Assembly (NCBI GenBank): GCA_963822445.1
Contig: CAWGHO010000002.1
Span: 1,280,001 to 1,344,000, forward strand
Direction of reading: 5' to 3'
DNA length: 64,000 nucleotides
Source: an uncultured Acidobacteriota bacterium
GTDB taxonomy: Bacteria > Acidobacteriota > Thermoanaerobaculia > Gp7-AA8
The position numbers and the translations under genes are program-made. This document shows positions 51,097 through 60,793 of the stretch, piece after piece (position 1 is the first letter of the stretch; the number at the start of each line of letters is the position of its first letter). The notes under the pieces are model-generated. The model worked only from the letters and a program-made list of their open reading frames with translations, had not been told where the DNA came from and searched no databases.

Positions 51097-52974
51097 GCGC
51101 GCGGCGACGCCGCGCCTGACGTGCATTCTCACGATCGCCACCGCCGCCGGGGTCACGCCCGGAATCCGCGAGGCCTGGCCGAGGGACGCCGGGCGCACCC
51201 GCGTCAGCTTCTCCACCATCTCCCGGGACAGGCCCGGCAGCGCGTACGACATCTCGCTGGGAATCCGCAGATTCTCATCCTCGGACATCCGCGAGGCCTC
51301 CCGCTGCTGCCGTTCGATGTAGCCGGAGTAGCGGAGCCGGCTCACGACGCCCTCTTTCTCTTCATCGCTCAGCGCGCGGAACGACTCGGCGAGCTCGGGC
51401 AGAACGCCTTGCGCCGCGTCGACCAGCGTGTCGACATCCAGCGTCGCCCGCTGCATCAGCTTCCCGATCGTGCTCTGCGCGGTGAGCTCGATGCCCGCCG
51501 CCGCCAGCCAGCTCTGGGTGTCGCGATCGGGCCGCAGCTCGATCTCCCCTGCCTTTTCCGCCCGCTGCATCCGCGCGATCCGGGCTTCGACGCGGCGTTT
51601 CCGCTCGTCGTCGAGGATTCCCAGAGATGCCGCGATCGGCGACAGACGCTCATAAACGGAGTCGCATCCGAGGAGCAGCCGGTGCTCCGCCCGGGAGGTG
51701 AACATCCGATAAGGCTCCTCGGTACCGAGCGTCACCAGGTCATCGATCATCACCGCGGCGTAGGCCTGATCGCGGCGAAAGATCACCGGATCACCGCCGC
51801 GAACCACCTGCAGCGCGTTGACTCCCGCGATGAATCCCTGGGCCGCGGCCTCCTCGTAACCGGAGGTTCCGTTGATCTGTCCGGCCAGAAACAGCCCTTC
51901 CACGCCCCGAACCTGGAGCGTCGCCGAGAGCTGTTCCGGGTTCACGAAGTCGTATTCGACGGCGTATCCATAGCGGGCGATGACCGCGTTCTCGAATCCG
52001 GGAAGAGAGCGGACCACCGCGTCCTGGACGTCCGGCGGAAGGGAGGTGGAGATCCCGTTCAGGTAGAGCCAGGGATGCTTCAGCCCCTCCGGCTCGACGA
52101 ACACCTGGTGGCGCTCCTTCTCCGCGAACCGCACCACCTTGTCCTCGATCGAGGGGCAGTAGCGCGGGCCGGTGCCCTGGATCTGGCCGGAGTACATCGG
52201 TGCGCGATGGAGATTCGCGCGGATCAGGTCATGGGCGAATGCGCCGGTGTGGGTGAGCCAGCAGAGGACCTGGGGCTGCTCGAGGCGATCGGTCAGGATG
52301 GAGAACGGCCGTGAACGCTCGTCGCCGGGGGCTTCCTCGAGCCTCGAGAAGTCGACGGTGGTCTTGTCGATCCGCGGGGGCGTTCCCGTTTTGAGGCGGC
52401 CGAGGTTCAGGCCGAGGGCCCGGAGGGAGTCGGAGAGGGTTTCGGCGGAGGGCTCGCCGAAGCGGCCGCCGACGGTCTTCTGTTCGCCGGAGTGTATCAG
52501 CGCCCGGAGAAACGTGCCGGTGGTGACGACGACGGCCCGTGCTTCGAGGCGCGTTCCGTCGCCCAGAACGGCACCGCGGACAGTCCGGCCGTCGATGATC
52601 AGTGAGGTCACCGAGCCTTCGACGATGGTCAGGTTCGGCTCAGCCGCAAGAATCTCCTGAACCGCCTCGGCATACAGATCGCGATCACACTGGGCGCGCG
52701 GTCCCTGGACGGCCGGGCCCTTGGAGCGGTTGAGGACCTTGAACTGAATCCCCGCGCGATCGGTCGCCTCCCCCATCAGGCCACCCAGCGCGTCGATCTC
52801 TTTGACCAGGTTTCCCTTGGCCAGACCGCCGATGGCCGGGTTGCAGGACATCCGGCCGATGGCTTCGCGCTGCATGGTGATCATGGCCACGCGCGCGCCG
52901 CCGCGGGCTGCTACGCGGGCCGCTTCAGCGCCGGCGTGGCCGCCGCCGATGATCAGGATGTCGAAGGAGGTCAT
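51091..52974 (-). CDS. mnmG: tRNA U34 carboxymethylaminomethyl modification enzyme MnmG (GidA)
   Basis: IIGGGHAGAEAA, MSCNPAIGG, RLKTGTPPR, PRYCPSIEDK and GQINGTSGYEEAA motifs. Confidence 0.97.
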   Translation of the reverse strand: MTSFDILIIGGGHAGAEAARVAARGGARVAMITMQREAIGRMSCNPAIGGLAKGNLVKEIDALGGLMGEATDRAGIQFKVLNRSKGPAVQGPRAQCDRDLYAEAVQEILAAEPNLTIVEGSVTSLIIDGRTVRGAVLGDGTRLEARAVVVTTGTFLRALIHSGEQKTVGGRFGEPSAETLSDSLRALGLNLGRLKTGTPPRIDKTTVDFSRLEEAPGDERSRPFSILTDRLEQPQVLCWLTHTGAFAHDLIRANLHRAPMYSGQIQGTGPRYCPSIEDKVVRFAEKERHQVFVEPEGLKHPWLYLNGISTSLPPDVQDAVVRSLPGFENAVIARYGYAVEYDFVNPEQLSATLQVRGVEGLFLAGQINGTSGYEEAAAQGFIAGVNALQVVRGGDPVIFRRDQAYAAVMIDDLVTLGTEEPYRMFTSRAEHRLLLGCDSVYERLSPIAASLGILDDERKRRVEARIARMQRAEKAGEIELRPDRDTQSWLAAAGIELTAQSTIGKLMQRATLDVDTLVDAAQGVLPELAESFRALSDEEKEGVVSRLRYSGYIERQQREASRMSEDENLRIPSEMSYALPGLSREMVEKLTRVRPASLGQASRIPGVTPAAVAIVRMHVRRGVAARE

Positions 52975-52976
52975 GA

Positions 52977-52992
52977 TGTTCCACGTGGAACA
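52977..52992. promoter_or_regulatory. parS site
   Basis: Perfect palindrome TGTTCCACGTGGAACA, 2 nt upstream of the mnmG ATG. Confidence 0.92.
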
Positions 52993-53006
52993 GGCCGTCG
53001 CGGTTT

Positions 53007-53071
53007 TGTCATCCCGAGCGTGAGTCGAGGGATCTGGCGGCACGGGATCCCTCGACTTCGCTCGGGATGAC
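53007..53071. repeat. REP-like element, family B
   Basis: TGTCATCCCGAGCGTGAGTCGAGGGATC...GATCCCTCGACTTCGCTCGGGATGAC. Confidence 0.82.
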
Positions 53072-53088
53072 GGCGGCGTGCGCCGCCG

Positions 53089-54372
53089 TCACTTCCCGAT
53101 ACAAAACTTTCCGAAGATCTCGGTGAGCACATCTTCGGTCGTAATCGCCCCCGTCAGCGCACCAAGCGCATTCGACGCGCGGTAGAGGTCGACCAGTACC
53201 ATCTGCTCGTCGACAGCTGCGGCCAGTGAGTCAAGAGCGGTTTGCAACGCGGCGGCGGATGCGGAGACGGCCTGCCTCTGCCGTTCGTTAACCAGAGCGC
53301 CCTCATCGGCGACAAAGCGCGCACGGACGAGCTCGTCAAGCCGACTCAGCAAGTCGGGAATGCCCTCGTCCGTCACTGCGCTAATCGCCAGCGAGCCCGG
53401 CGGTGCAGCGGCAAGGTCAGCCTTCGTGTAAATAATGAGTGCGTCGGGATATGCGGCCAGCTCGGCGGTATCACCAGTCGTCGCGTCAACGAGGTAAAGG
53501 ATGAGATCGGCGGCACGCGCGGCTTCGCGAGCGCGACTGATCCCGATCCCCTCGACGACGTCCTCGCTTTCGCGAAGACCCGCGGTGTCGGCCAGCGTCA
53601 CCGGGAGCCCGCCGATCTCGATCGTCTCCCGCACGATGTCCCGGGTCGTTCCCGGAATCGGCGTGACGATGGCCCGGTCGCTTCCGACCAGGCGATTCAG
53701 CAGCGTCGACTTTCCGGCGTTCGGGCGTCCGAGGATGACCGCGTTCAGACCGGTCATCGTCGCCTGGCCGCGACGATACGTATCTGCCAAGGCGGATGTG
53801 TTTTGCAGCGCCTCACGAAGACGCGCCGAAGCCTCTTCGCGGGTGATGAACTCGTAACCCTCTTCCGAGAAGTCGAGCGCCGCCTCCAGCCGCGAGATCA
53901 CCTCGAGCAGCGTCTGCCGGATCTCGCTCGCCTTCCGGCTCAGCATCCCCTCCAGATTCGACAGCGACAGCTTCGCCTGCAGCTCGGTGCGGGCGTTGAT
54001 CAGATCGGCGATCGACTCCGCCTGCACGAGATCGAGCTTGCCATTCAGCACCGCCCGTTCCGTGAACTCCCCCGGCTGGGCCATGCGCGCGCCGAGCTCC
54101 ACGCACTTCGCGATCACCTGCTCGACCAGCAGCGGATTTCCGTGGAGGGTCAACTCGACGAGATCGTTGCCGGTGAACGAATGCGGCGCTTCGTACCGAA
54201 TGGCGATGCATTCATCGAACGCGAGACGCACGAGCGTCGCGTGTCGCGCCGGCGGCGTTTCGCCCGCGAGCGACGTGAGAATCGCGCTCGCTTCCGGTCC
54301 GTCGATCCGCACGATCGCCAGCGCGCTTCGCCCCAGTGGCGTAGCCGGCGCGACGATCGTGTCGGGAATCAC
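53089..54372 (-). CDS. mnmE: tRNA modification GTPase MnmE (TrmE)
   Basis: GEFTERAVLNGKLDL, GRPNAGKS, GTTRD, DTAG and FCIGK motifs. Confidence 0.97.
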   Translation of the reverse strand: MIPDTIVAPATPLGRSALAIVRIDGPEASAILTSLAGETPPARHATLVRLAFDECIAIRYEAPHSFTGNDLVELTLHGNPLLVEQVIAKCVELGARMAQPGEFTERAVLNGKLDLVQAESIADLINARTELQAKLSLSNLEGMLSRKASEIRQTLLEVISRLEAALDFSEEGYEFITREEASARLREALQNTSALADTYRRGQATMTGLNAVILGRPNAGKSTLLNRLVGSDRAIVTPIPGTTRDIVRETIEIGGLPVTLADTAGLRESEDVVEGIGISRAREAARAADLILYLVDATTGDTAELAAYPDALIIYTKADLAAAPPGSLAISAVTDEGIPDLLSRLDELVRARFVADEGALVNERQRQAVSASAAALQTALDSLAAAVDEQMVLVDLYRASNALGALTGAITTEDVLTEIFGKFCIGK

Positions 54373-55283
54373 GATTCCTGCGCTGGTTGCTCGTCGGAAA
54401 CCGCGGCGTCCGCGGGACGCCGGATGATGGCCACGCGTTTGTAAAACCCGTCGCCGCGTGACTCGGTCGTCACGTCCGCGTCGTCACGCAATGCGATGTG
54501 CACGATGCGCCGCTCGATCGGCGTCATCGCCGGAAGCAGCTCCTCCCGCCCACCCTCCCGCACGCGATCGGCCACGGCCTTCGCCTGCTGCGCAAGGTCC
54601 TCGTTGCGTCGCTCTTTGAACGCGTCGCAATCGAGCTCGATCTCTTTGTCGACTTTGCGTCCGACCAGCGCTTTGTTCGCCAGAACCTGAATCGCGTCGA
54701 GCAGCTCGCCGTGGCGATCGGTCAACCGCTTTCCGTCCGCGCCGTACAGCCGAACGTGAATCTGCGTGTCGTTTTCTTCGGTGCGAGCAACGACGTCGAG
54801 GTTCGCGTAGGACACGATCTCTTCGCACCAGTCGCGCGCGACCTTGGCCTGCTCCGACTCCGGTCCCTGTTCGGGAACATCGGCGAAGTACTTCTCGAAG
54901 TCGCCGCTGCGAAGGTCACCGCCGCCGCGCGGTCCGCGATCGCGGCCACGACCACCGCGGCCGCCGCCCCGATCCTCGCGATTGCCGCCGCCGCCACCCG
55001 ACCGCCCGCCCCTGCCCCGCGGTCCGCGATCGCGATCCCGCGCCGGACGCGGTCCACGCGCTTCGACCGGCTGACGCTCGATCGGAGCCACCGGTGCCGC
55101 AACCGCCGGCGGCGCCGCGCCCTCATTCACGTCGGCTTCGATGACGACGCGTTTCACTCCGCCGAGGAAGCCTCGCTTCTCGAGAAGGACGTGATAGGTC
55201 AACTGCCAACGGCCTACGCCCAGCGCCTCGGACGCGTGCGTCAGCGCCTCTTCGATGTTCCGACCTTCAAATCGTTGGCTCAT
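54369..55283 (-). CDS. jag: Jag/KhpB RNA-binding protein (Jag_N, KH-like, R3H)
   Basis: EGRNIEEAL, KRGFLG and the R3H motif MTPIERRIVH. Confidence 0.9.
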   Translation of the reverse strand: MSQRFEGRNIEEALTHASEALGVGRWQLTYHVLLEKRGFLGGVKRVVIEADVNEGAAPPAVAAPVAPIERQPVEARGPRPARDRDRGPRGRGGRSGGGGGNREDRGGGRGGRGRDRGPRGGGDLRSGDFEKYFADVPEQGPESEQAKVARDWCEEIVSYANLDVVARTEENDTQIHVRLYGADGKRLTDRHGELLDAIQVLANKALVGRKVDKEIELDCDAFKERRNEDLAQQAKAVADRVREGGREELLPAMTPIERRIVHIALRDDADVTTESRGDGFYKRVAIIRRPADAAVSDEQPAQES

Positions 55284-55290
55284 AGCTCGA

Positions 55291-56949
55291 TCACTTCGCT
55301 TTGACGGTTATCGCGTCGTCGTCCGGGTGCTCTTTCCACCACTTATTCATGATCAACTGCTGAATGATCGTCAAGACGTTCTGCACCAGCCAGTAGAGCA
55401 CGAGACCGCTGGGGAAGTCCTTGAACATGAACCCGAACACCAGCGGCATGGCCAGGAAGATCCGCCGCTGCATCGGATCGCCCGTCGACGGCGTGATGTA
55501 GGTCTGGATGAACATCGTCGCCGTCATCAGGATCGGCGTGATGTAGTACGGATCCTTCTCCGAGAGATCCTGGATCCAGAGGATGAACGGCGCGCCGCGC
55601 AGCTCGATCGCGCGCGACAGCAGGTTGTAGAAGCCCCACAGAATCGGGAGCTGGAAGAGCAGCGGCAGACAGCCCGCCATCGGATTGATGCCCTCTTTCT
55701 GATAGAGCTGCATCATCTCCACGTTCATCTTCTGGCGCTGATCGGGATCGGTCTTGGCCTTCTTGTATCTGGCCTTGATCGCCTCCATCTTCGGCGACAC
55801 CTTCTGCATCTTCTTCATCGAGACGATGCTCTTGTGCTGCAGCGGGTAGAGCACGATCTTGATGAGGATCGTCAGCACGATGATGGCGAAGCCGTAGTTG
55901 TGCGTGAACTGGTTGATCCAGAGCAGGGCCTTCAGGAAGAAGCGGGCAATGACGTCGAACCAGCCGAACTGCAGCGATTCGCCGAGGTCGTAGCGGTCGA
56001 GGACCTTCGCTTCCTTCGGTCCGAAGAAAGCCTTGCCGGCGACGACACCGTCGCTGGCCGCGTTCACCGCCGCGTAGAGATCCGCGCGGCGTTTCTTCGT
56101 CGCCCCGTCGTAGAACGAGACGCGGCGGAGCATGCTCTCGCCGCCGCGCGACGGACGAAGGACGGTGAGGAAGTAGTTGTCCTCGATGCCGATGTAATCG
56201 ACGCCCGGAAAGACCTTGAGGGGATTGCCTTTCTCGCGCGGCAGGATCTTGAAATCACCCGCCTGCTGCACGACGCCGTTGCCGGTGATGATGACCTGCG
56301 TGTCCTCCTCAGCCGCGCCGAGGGTGCGGATGCCCGGGCCGATGGCGACGCGGTACGGAAGGGGCGGCGTGACCGCGATCGCGTAGTCGAAGAGATACGG
56401 CTCCTCGGAAAACCGGAAAGTCTTGGTCGCGGTGACCTTGCCGTCGGAGTAGCGGTACTGCAGCACGCGCTGGCCGCGGTCGCGAACGTCGTTGACCGAA
56501 TACAACGCGCCGTTCAACCGCTGGGCGACGCTTCGATCCGCGGCCTCGATGGCGAACGGGAAATCCGTGCGCGCGGAGCCGCGGGCCTTGACCAGATCCT
56601 CGGAGAGCTGACTCTTTTTCCGCTTGTAGTTCTTGAGCTGGAACGACACCAGTTGCGCGCCGCGGTTGCTCATCACCGCCCGGTAGTCGGGCATGTCGAT
56701 GACCGTGGTCTGAACGGCGGTCGCCGCGACCGGAGCCGCTGGTGGCGGTGGAACATTCGCCAGTGGGGGCGTAGCCGCGGGGGCGCTCGACGTCGTGGCC
56801 GGAGCGGCCGTCGTCGTCGTTGCGGTGTCAGCCGGTTTCGGCGGCACGGGCTTTTTGGCCAGCTCGGGGAAGATCGCCGGCGCGAGCCACGACCAGAGCA
56901 CGAGCACGCCGATAGAAAGAAGAATCGCGACGAAAATGCGCTTTTCCAT
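55291..56949 (-). CDS. yidC: Membrane protein insertase YidC
   Basis: NYGFAIIVLT, GINPMAGCLP, WIQDLS..DPY and PSGLVLYW motifs. Confidence 0.97.
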   Translation of the reverse strand: MEKRIFVAILLSIGVLVLWSWLAPAIFPELAKKPVPPKPADTATTTTAAPATTSSAPAATPPLANVPPPPAAPVAATAVQTTVIDMPDYRAVMSNRGAQLVSFQLKNYKRKKSQLSEDLVKARGSARTDFPFAIEAADRSVAQRLNGALYSVNDVRDRGQRVLQYRYSDGKVTATKTFRFSEEPYLFDYAIAVTPPLPYRVAIGPGIRTLGAAEEDTQVIITGNGVVQQAGDFKILPREKGNPLKVFPGVDYIGIEDNYFLTVLRPSRGGESMLRRVSFYDGATKKRRADLYAAVNAASDGVVAGKAFFGPKEAKVLDRYDLGESLQFGWFDVIARFFLKALLWINQFTHNYGFAIIVLTILIKIVLYPLQHKSIVSMKKMQKVSPKMEAIKARYKKAKTDPDQRQKMNVEMMQLYQKEGINPMAGCLPLLFQLPILWGFYNLLSRAIELRGAPFILWIQDLSEKDPYYITPILMTATMFIQTYITPSTGDPMQRRIFLAMPLVFGFMFKDFPSGLVLYWLVQNVLTIIQQLIMNKWWKEHPDDDAITVKAK

Positions 56950-56950
56950 G

Positions 56951-57169
56951 TCAGGGGACGGGGTCCCAACCTCCAGGATTGAACGGGTGACAGCGGCCGA
57001 GGCGGCGGATGCCCATCCAGATGCCGCGGGCGGCACCATACTTCTGAACGGCGTCCTTCATGTACATCGAGCAGGTGGGCTCGAAGCGGCACATGGGCGG
57101 CAGCAGTGGTGAGATGAATCGCTTGTAGAAGCGGAGAAGGAAGATCGCCAGGCCGCGGACGTGATTCAT
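56951..57169 (-). CDS. yidD: Membrane protein insertion efficiency factor YidD
   Basis: YKRFISP...CRFEPTCS...[14 protein letters not shown]. Confidence 0.95.
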   Translation of the reverse strand: MNHVRGLAIFLLRFYKRFISPLLPPMCRFEPTCSMYMKDAVQKYGAARGIWMGIRRLGRCHPFNPGGWDPVP

Positions 57170-57546
57170 GGCGTCCGCGCCTCGTTCACCACGCGTCCGA
57201 GAACGCGGGTGAGGTCGCGGCTGTAATCCTCGAAAGTAGCTTGCGCGGCGTTCGGCTTCACGTTGACGACGATGTCGAGCGGCTGGGCGTCGAGGCCGAG
57301 CGGCTCGCGTTGCCGCCGGTACACCTCGCGGGTCCACCGCTTCAAACGATTGCGAACGTTGGCTTTCCCGACCTTCTTCGTCGCGGTGATGCCGATTCGC
57401 GAGAACGGCAGGCCGTTGGCCGAGAAGAAGAGAACCGAATATCGGGAAAAGACTTTGCGGCCTGTGTCGTAGACATTGACGAACTCGCGACGCTTCGCGA
57501 TTCGTCTCTGTTTCGGTAGAGCCTGATCAGGCCGCGGGGCTTCCAC
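57166..57546 (-). CDS. rnpA: Ribonuclease P protein component
   Basis: [21 protein letters not shown]; GTG start inferred. Confidence 0.93.
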   Translation of the reverse strand: MEAPRPDQALPKQRRIAKRREFVNVYDTGRKVFSRYSVLFFSANGLPFSRIGITATKKVGKANVRNRLKRWTREVYRRQREPLGLDAQPLDIVVNVKPNAAQATFEDYSRDLTRVLGRVVNEARTP

Positions 57547-57568
57547 CGTCAGTACCGCGAGCGCGCCG

Positions 57569-57709
57569 TTAGACGGCCAGGCGCTTGCGGCCCTTGCGGC
57601 GACGACGCGAGAGAACTGCCTGGCCATCCTTGGTCCGCATCCGGACCAGGAAGCCGTGCGTGCGCTTGCGACGGCGGTTGTTGGGCTGAAAAGTACGCTT
57701 CGATGCCAT
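57569..57709 (-). CDS. rpmH: 50S ribosomal protein L34 (missing from the ORF track)
   Basis: Hand translation gives [46 protein letters not shown]. Confidence 0.97.
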   Translation of the reverse strand: MASKRTFQPNNRRRKRTHGFLVRMRTKDGQAVLSRRRRKGRKRLAV

Positions 57710-57826
57710 TGATTGCTAACCCTCTGAAAATGAAAGCGGGGAGTATAGACGTGAGGTGTCGGACGGTCAAACACCGTCCAACGCGAGCGCCCAAACGGCG
57801 GGGCAGTGAGGGCTATTCCTGGAGGG

Positions 57827-57918
57827 GCAGAATGCAGAATGCAGAATGCAAAATGCAGAAAAGAGGCAGGCTTGTGGCGCCGTCCTTTTCTGCATTCTGC
57901 ATTCAGCATTCTGCATTT
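57827..57918. repeat. Inverted pair of heptamer arrays, (GCAGAAT)n / (ATTCTGC)n
   Basis: Second copy of the 44748-44834 family, in the rpmH-dnaA intergenic region. Confidence 0.88.
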
Positions 57919-57948
57919 TTAATCCCCCTTGCCACGGCCGATCCTTGT

Positions 57949-58011
57949 GCTAGACTCCGTCCCCCTCCGACATGCCCGGAATTTCCACAACTGTGGAAAA
58001 GCTGTGGATGC
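57949..58011 (+). promoter_or_regulatory. dnaA promoter (-10) and DnaA boxes
   Basis: TAGACT preceded by TG; boxes ATTTCCACA (57981), TGTGGAAAA (57992, equals TTTTCCACA) and TGTGGATGC (58003). Confidence 0.65.
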
Positions 58012-58040
58012 TCAAGGAGATAGCGGCATCCCACCCCTCC

Positions 58041-59348
58041 ATGAACACCTGGTCGCAAGTGCTCAGCCGGATCGAGCAAGTCGTTGACAGGACGGAGTAT
58101 GACTCCTGGCTCGCGCCGACACGTTTTCTGAGTCAGAAGGGCGATACGCTCGACGTGGGAGTCCCATCCCAGCGTTATATCGATGAGATCCGGGAGCGTT
58201 TCGGGGCCCAGATCCGCGGCCTGCTCAACGAAATCTCCCCCGAGCGGGTCCAGGTCCACTTCGTGGTCGACACCTCCCGGGCCATCGACGATCTGCCCAT
58301 CCCCATCGCCCCTCCCCCGGCCGAGCTGCCCCAGGCCAATTTCAGCCAGCGCTACCGCTTCGACACCTTCGTGGTCGGCAACTCCAACCAGCTGGCCTAT
58401 GCCGCCTCGAAGTCGATCGCCGAAAACCCCAGCGGCTCCTTCAACCCCCTCTTCATCTACGGCGGGGCCGGCCTCGGCAAAACTCACCTGATCCAGGCCA
58501 TCGGGCAGCAGCTCCGCGAGCAGCGTCCCGGACTGAAGATCGTCTACATGTCCGCGGACAACTTCGTGACCGAGCTGATCTCGTCGATCCGCTACGACCG
58601 GATGCAGGGCTTCCGCGACCGCTACCGGACCGTCGACGCCCTCCTGCTCGACGACATCCAGTTCATCGCCGGCAAGGAGCGGACGCAGGAAGAGTTCTTC
58701 CACACCTTCAACGCCCTCTACGAAGCGCAGAAGCAGATCGTGTTCACGTCCGATCGTCCGCCGAAAGAAATCCCCACCCTCGAGGAGCGTCTCCGCTCGC
58801 GATTCGAGTGGGGCCTCACCGCCGACATCCAGCCGCCCGATCTCGAGACCAAGGTCGCCATTCTTCGCAAGAAAGCCGAAGAGAAGAAGATCGATCTTCC
58901 GCAGGACGTCGCTCTGTTCATCGCCGAGCGCGTTCGCTCCAACGTTCGCGAGCTCGAAGGACACCTGAACAAGATCGCCGTCTTCGCCTCACTCGCCGGT
59001 AAGCGGCTCAACGTCGACCTGGTGAAGGAAGCGCTGAAGGATGTGCTGGCGAAGGAAGACCGCGCGATCACGCCCGAAGAGATCATGCGCGTCGTCGCCG
59101 CGCACTACGGTCTGAAGGTGAGTGAGCTGAAAGAGAAGAGCAACGCCCGCACGAAAGCCTTTCCCCGCCAGGTGGCGATGTACATGTGCAAGGAGCTGAC
59201 GGACCTCTCCTATCCCGAGATCGGAAAGAAGTTCAACGACAAGCACCACTCCACGGTCATGTACTCGGTGCAGCAGATCAAGAAGATGATGGAAGGCGAT
59301 CCGCAGTTCGCGCGGACCGTCGAGACGCTCGGAAAACAGTTCCGATGA
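58041..59348 (+). CDS. dnaA: Chromosomal replication initiator DnaA (start may be 57972 or 58008)
   Basis: FNPLFIYGGAGLGKTHL, DDIQF, RLRSRFEWGL, RQVAMY and HSTV motifs. Confidence 0.98.
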   Translation: MNTWSQVLSRIEQVVDRTEYDSWLAPTRFLSQKGDTLDVGVPSQRYIDEIRERFGAQIRGLLNEISPERVQVHFVVDTSRAIDDLPIPIAPPPAELPQANFSQRYRFDTFVVGNSNQLAYAASKSIAENPSGSFNPLFIYGGAGLGKTHLIQAIGQQLREQRPGLKIVYMSADNFVTELISSIRYDRMQGFRDRYRTVDALLLDDIQFIAGKERTQEEFFHTFNALYEAQKQIVFTSDRPPKEIPTLEERLRSRFEWGLTADIQPPDLETKVAILRKKAEEKKIDLPQDVALFIAERVRSNVRELEGHLNKIAVFASLAGKRLNVDLVKEALKDVLAKEDRAITPEEIMRVVAAHYGLKVSELKEKSNARTKAFPRQVAMYMCKELTDLSYPEIGKKFNDKHHSTVMYSVQQIKKMMEGDPQFARTVETLGKQFR

Positions 59349-59597
59349 CGTTCTCCACAGATCCTGCGGAAAGCGTCACCGCAAAAGATGTGGAGCGTTT
59401 TCACCGAATCGCGAACAACCGTTCCACCTGCGGAAAAAGGCCCGATTCTCCTTCGGTTTTACGCTCTCCGATGCACAGGCTGAAATGACGATGACTGCTA
59501 TACTTCTCAGGCCTTTGCGTCGACCCACGACGAAATCCGCACCACCTACTACTACCACTACAAGAGAACCAAAGATTGGTTTGAAGGAAGAAAGCCC
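59349..59597. other. Probable oriC (dnaA-dnaN intergenic region) with DnaA-trio-like tract
   Basis: Degenerate DnaA boxes (TTCTCCACA 59351, AAATCCGCA 59533) followed by CTACTACTACCACTAC at 59546-59561. Confidence 0.72.
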
Positions 59598-60731
59598 ATG
59601 GAGCTGACCGTCGGAAAAGCGGATCTTCAGAAAGAGCTGCAGCTCTGTCAGGGGGTCGTCGAGAAGCGTTCGACGATACCGATCCTGTCGAACGTGCTGC
59701 TCAAGGCCAGCGACGGACGGCTGCAGATCGCCGCGACTGATCTCGACGTCACGATTCTCTCTTCCTGCGCCGCGCGGGTGACCACGCCAGGCGGAGTCAC
59801 GATCGAAGCGAAGCGCCTTTTCGACGTCGTCCGCTCGATGCCCGACGACGACGTGCACATGACCCTGCAGGAAAACAACTCGATGCTCATCGAGTCGGGC
59901 ACCGCGAAGTTCCGCCTCCTCGGCTTGCCGGCCGAGGATTACCCGACGCTGCCGACGGTGTCGAATGTCGATGGCTACGACATCTCGCTCGACGAGCTCA
60001 AGACCATGGTCGGCAAGGTGAAGTTCGCCATCACCCACGAAGAGACGCGCTTTCAGCTCAACGGCGCGCTACTCAAGCTGCAGCCGAATAAGATGGAAAT
60101 GGTGGCCACGGACGGCCATCGCATGGCATTGATCAACTTTCCCGCGTCCATCACCGGCGGCAAGGGAAAGAAGGGGACCGACCTCACGATTCTCATCCCC
60201 CGCAAGGCGCTCGACGAGATTCTGCGGCTCGAGTCCGGTGCGGAAGGGAACGTCCGTTTCGGCGTTTCCGACAACCAGCTTTTCTTCGAAGCCGGCGACC
60301 GCCGTCTGCTGGCGCGGATGATCGACGTCAACTTCCCGAACTACATGGAAGTCATCTCCCGAGACAACGATCGCCGGGTGATGGTCGACCGCGAGCGGCT
60401 GCTGTCGACGATCAAGCGCATCTCTCTCGTGGCCAACGAGCGGACGCGCGCCGTCCGATTCGATTTCGCGCCCGGCAAACTCACCGTGTCGTCGACCAAC
60501 CCGGAGCTCGGCGACGCCCGCGAGACCGTTCCCATCGACTACGCCGGCCAGCCGTTCTTCGTGGGGCTGAACGCCGCGTACGTGATGGACTTTCTGAGCG
60601 CCACCGACACGCCGAGCGTTTCGCTCGACCTGAAGGACGAGAACAGCCAGTGCATCGGCCGTCCGGCCACCTCGGCGGAAGACCTGCCGTATGATTATTT
60701 GTACGTGGTCATGCCGATGAGGCTTGCGTAG
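59598..60731 (+). CDS. dnaN: DNA polymerase III beta sliding clamp
   Basis: PILSNVLL, ATDL, VATDGHRM and VVMPMRL motifs. Confidence 0.97.
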   Translation: MELTVGKADLQKELQLCQGVVEKRSTIPILSNVLLKASDGRLQIAATDLDVTILSSCAARVTTPGGVTIEAKRLFDVVRSMPDDDVHMTLQENNSMLIESGTAKFRLLGLPAEDYPTLPTVSNVDGYDISLDELKTMVGKVKFAITHEETRFQLNGALLKLQPNKMEMVATDGHRMALINFPASITGGKGKKGTDLTILIPRKALDEILRLESGAEGNVRFGVSDNQLFFEAGDRRLLARMIDVNFPNYMEVISRDNDRRVMVDRERLLSTIKRISLVANERTRAVRFDFAPGKLTVSSTNPELGDARETVPIDYAGQPFFVGLNAAYVMDFLSATDTPSVSLDLKDENSQCIGRPATSAEDLPYDYLYVVMPMRLA

Positions 60732-60793
60732 TTTGGAGTGCGGCAGCTCTGCTGCCGCTTTCAGAAGCGGCGGCAGAGCCGCCGCACTCCAAA
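60732..60793. repeat. REP-like element, family C
   Basis: TTTGGAGTGCGG...CCGCACTCCAAA fills the whole dnaN-recF gap. Confidence 0.82.
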
